This document shows, piece after piece, positions 64,000-64,000 of a DNA stretch of 64,000 bases (positions are counted from its first letter, which is position 1; every line of letters starts with the position of its first letter). The stretch comes from a virus. The notes under the pieces were generated by a model, which saw only the letters and a program-made list of their open reading frames with translations, was not told the DNA's origin and did not search any database. The translations under genes were made by a program, and so were the position numbers. The stretch lies in the IMG/VR virus record IMGVR_UViG_3300042013_000065, one strand, 5' to 3'.

Positions 64000-64000
64000 G

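Larger units (their letters stand above)
1..64000 (-). other. Segment of a large myovirus (probable jumbo phage) genome: accessory region plus complete head/tail morphogenesis block
   Basis: Capsid, protease, two sheath, tube and baseplate genes; more than 100 tightly packed co-oriented minus-strand genes with ATGA/TAATG overlaps; no host housekeeping context. Confidence 0.95.

Noticed and set aside
1-64000. tRNA, rRNA, transposase, homing endonuclease, terminase or portal genes
   Set aside because: None recognised by eye. Intergenic gaps are mostly under 100 nt and are explained by terminators or promoters. A tRNAscan/Infernal run would be needed to exclude RNAs formally.

Overview
A 64-kb segment of a large lytic contractile-tailed (myovirus-type, probably jumbo) bacteriophage genome. 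Every credible gene lies on the minus strand, and the long plus-strand ORFs are antisense shadows. About 1-28.8 kb holds densely packed small early/accessory genes, including a stand-alone LytTR protein, a VgrG3-type lysozyme, a SLOG/DprA-like protein, a metallophosphoesterase, DUF1353 and a dCTP deaminase with a 45-aa insertion. About 28.8-62 kb is the virion module. It encodes baseplate proteins, a tape-measure-like protein with muramidase and M15 peptidase domains, tube proteins, two separate sheath genes, the major capsid, an acidic scaffold-like protein, the prohead protease and Ig-like fibres. A GT2 glycosyltransferase, an NAD-dependent ligase and a J-domain protein are embedded in this module. 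The two-sheath layout resembles my recollection of the PaBG/Lu11/Y3-like jumbo myoviruses, and dcd resembles the Pseudomonas-type enzyme. Both points are unverified inference. Most notable signals: (1) a 63-aa protein carrying an isolated EF-Tu G1 motif (VGTIGHIDHGK); (2) three sigma70 promoters followed by a fixed-geometry two-box leader; (3) a canonical A_AAA_AAG -1 slippery site that could fuse a virion protein to a beta-propeller; (4) repeated A-x-A-S motifs and N-terminal (F/I)I(A/G)LA peptides in head-module proteins, suggesting a protease/targeting code; (5) a three-copy intergenic hairpin cassette; (6) two candidate phage-specific promoter motifs. No tRNA, rRNA, CRISPR array, integrase or transposase was recognised. 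All assignments come from motif recognition by eye; no searches were run.
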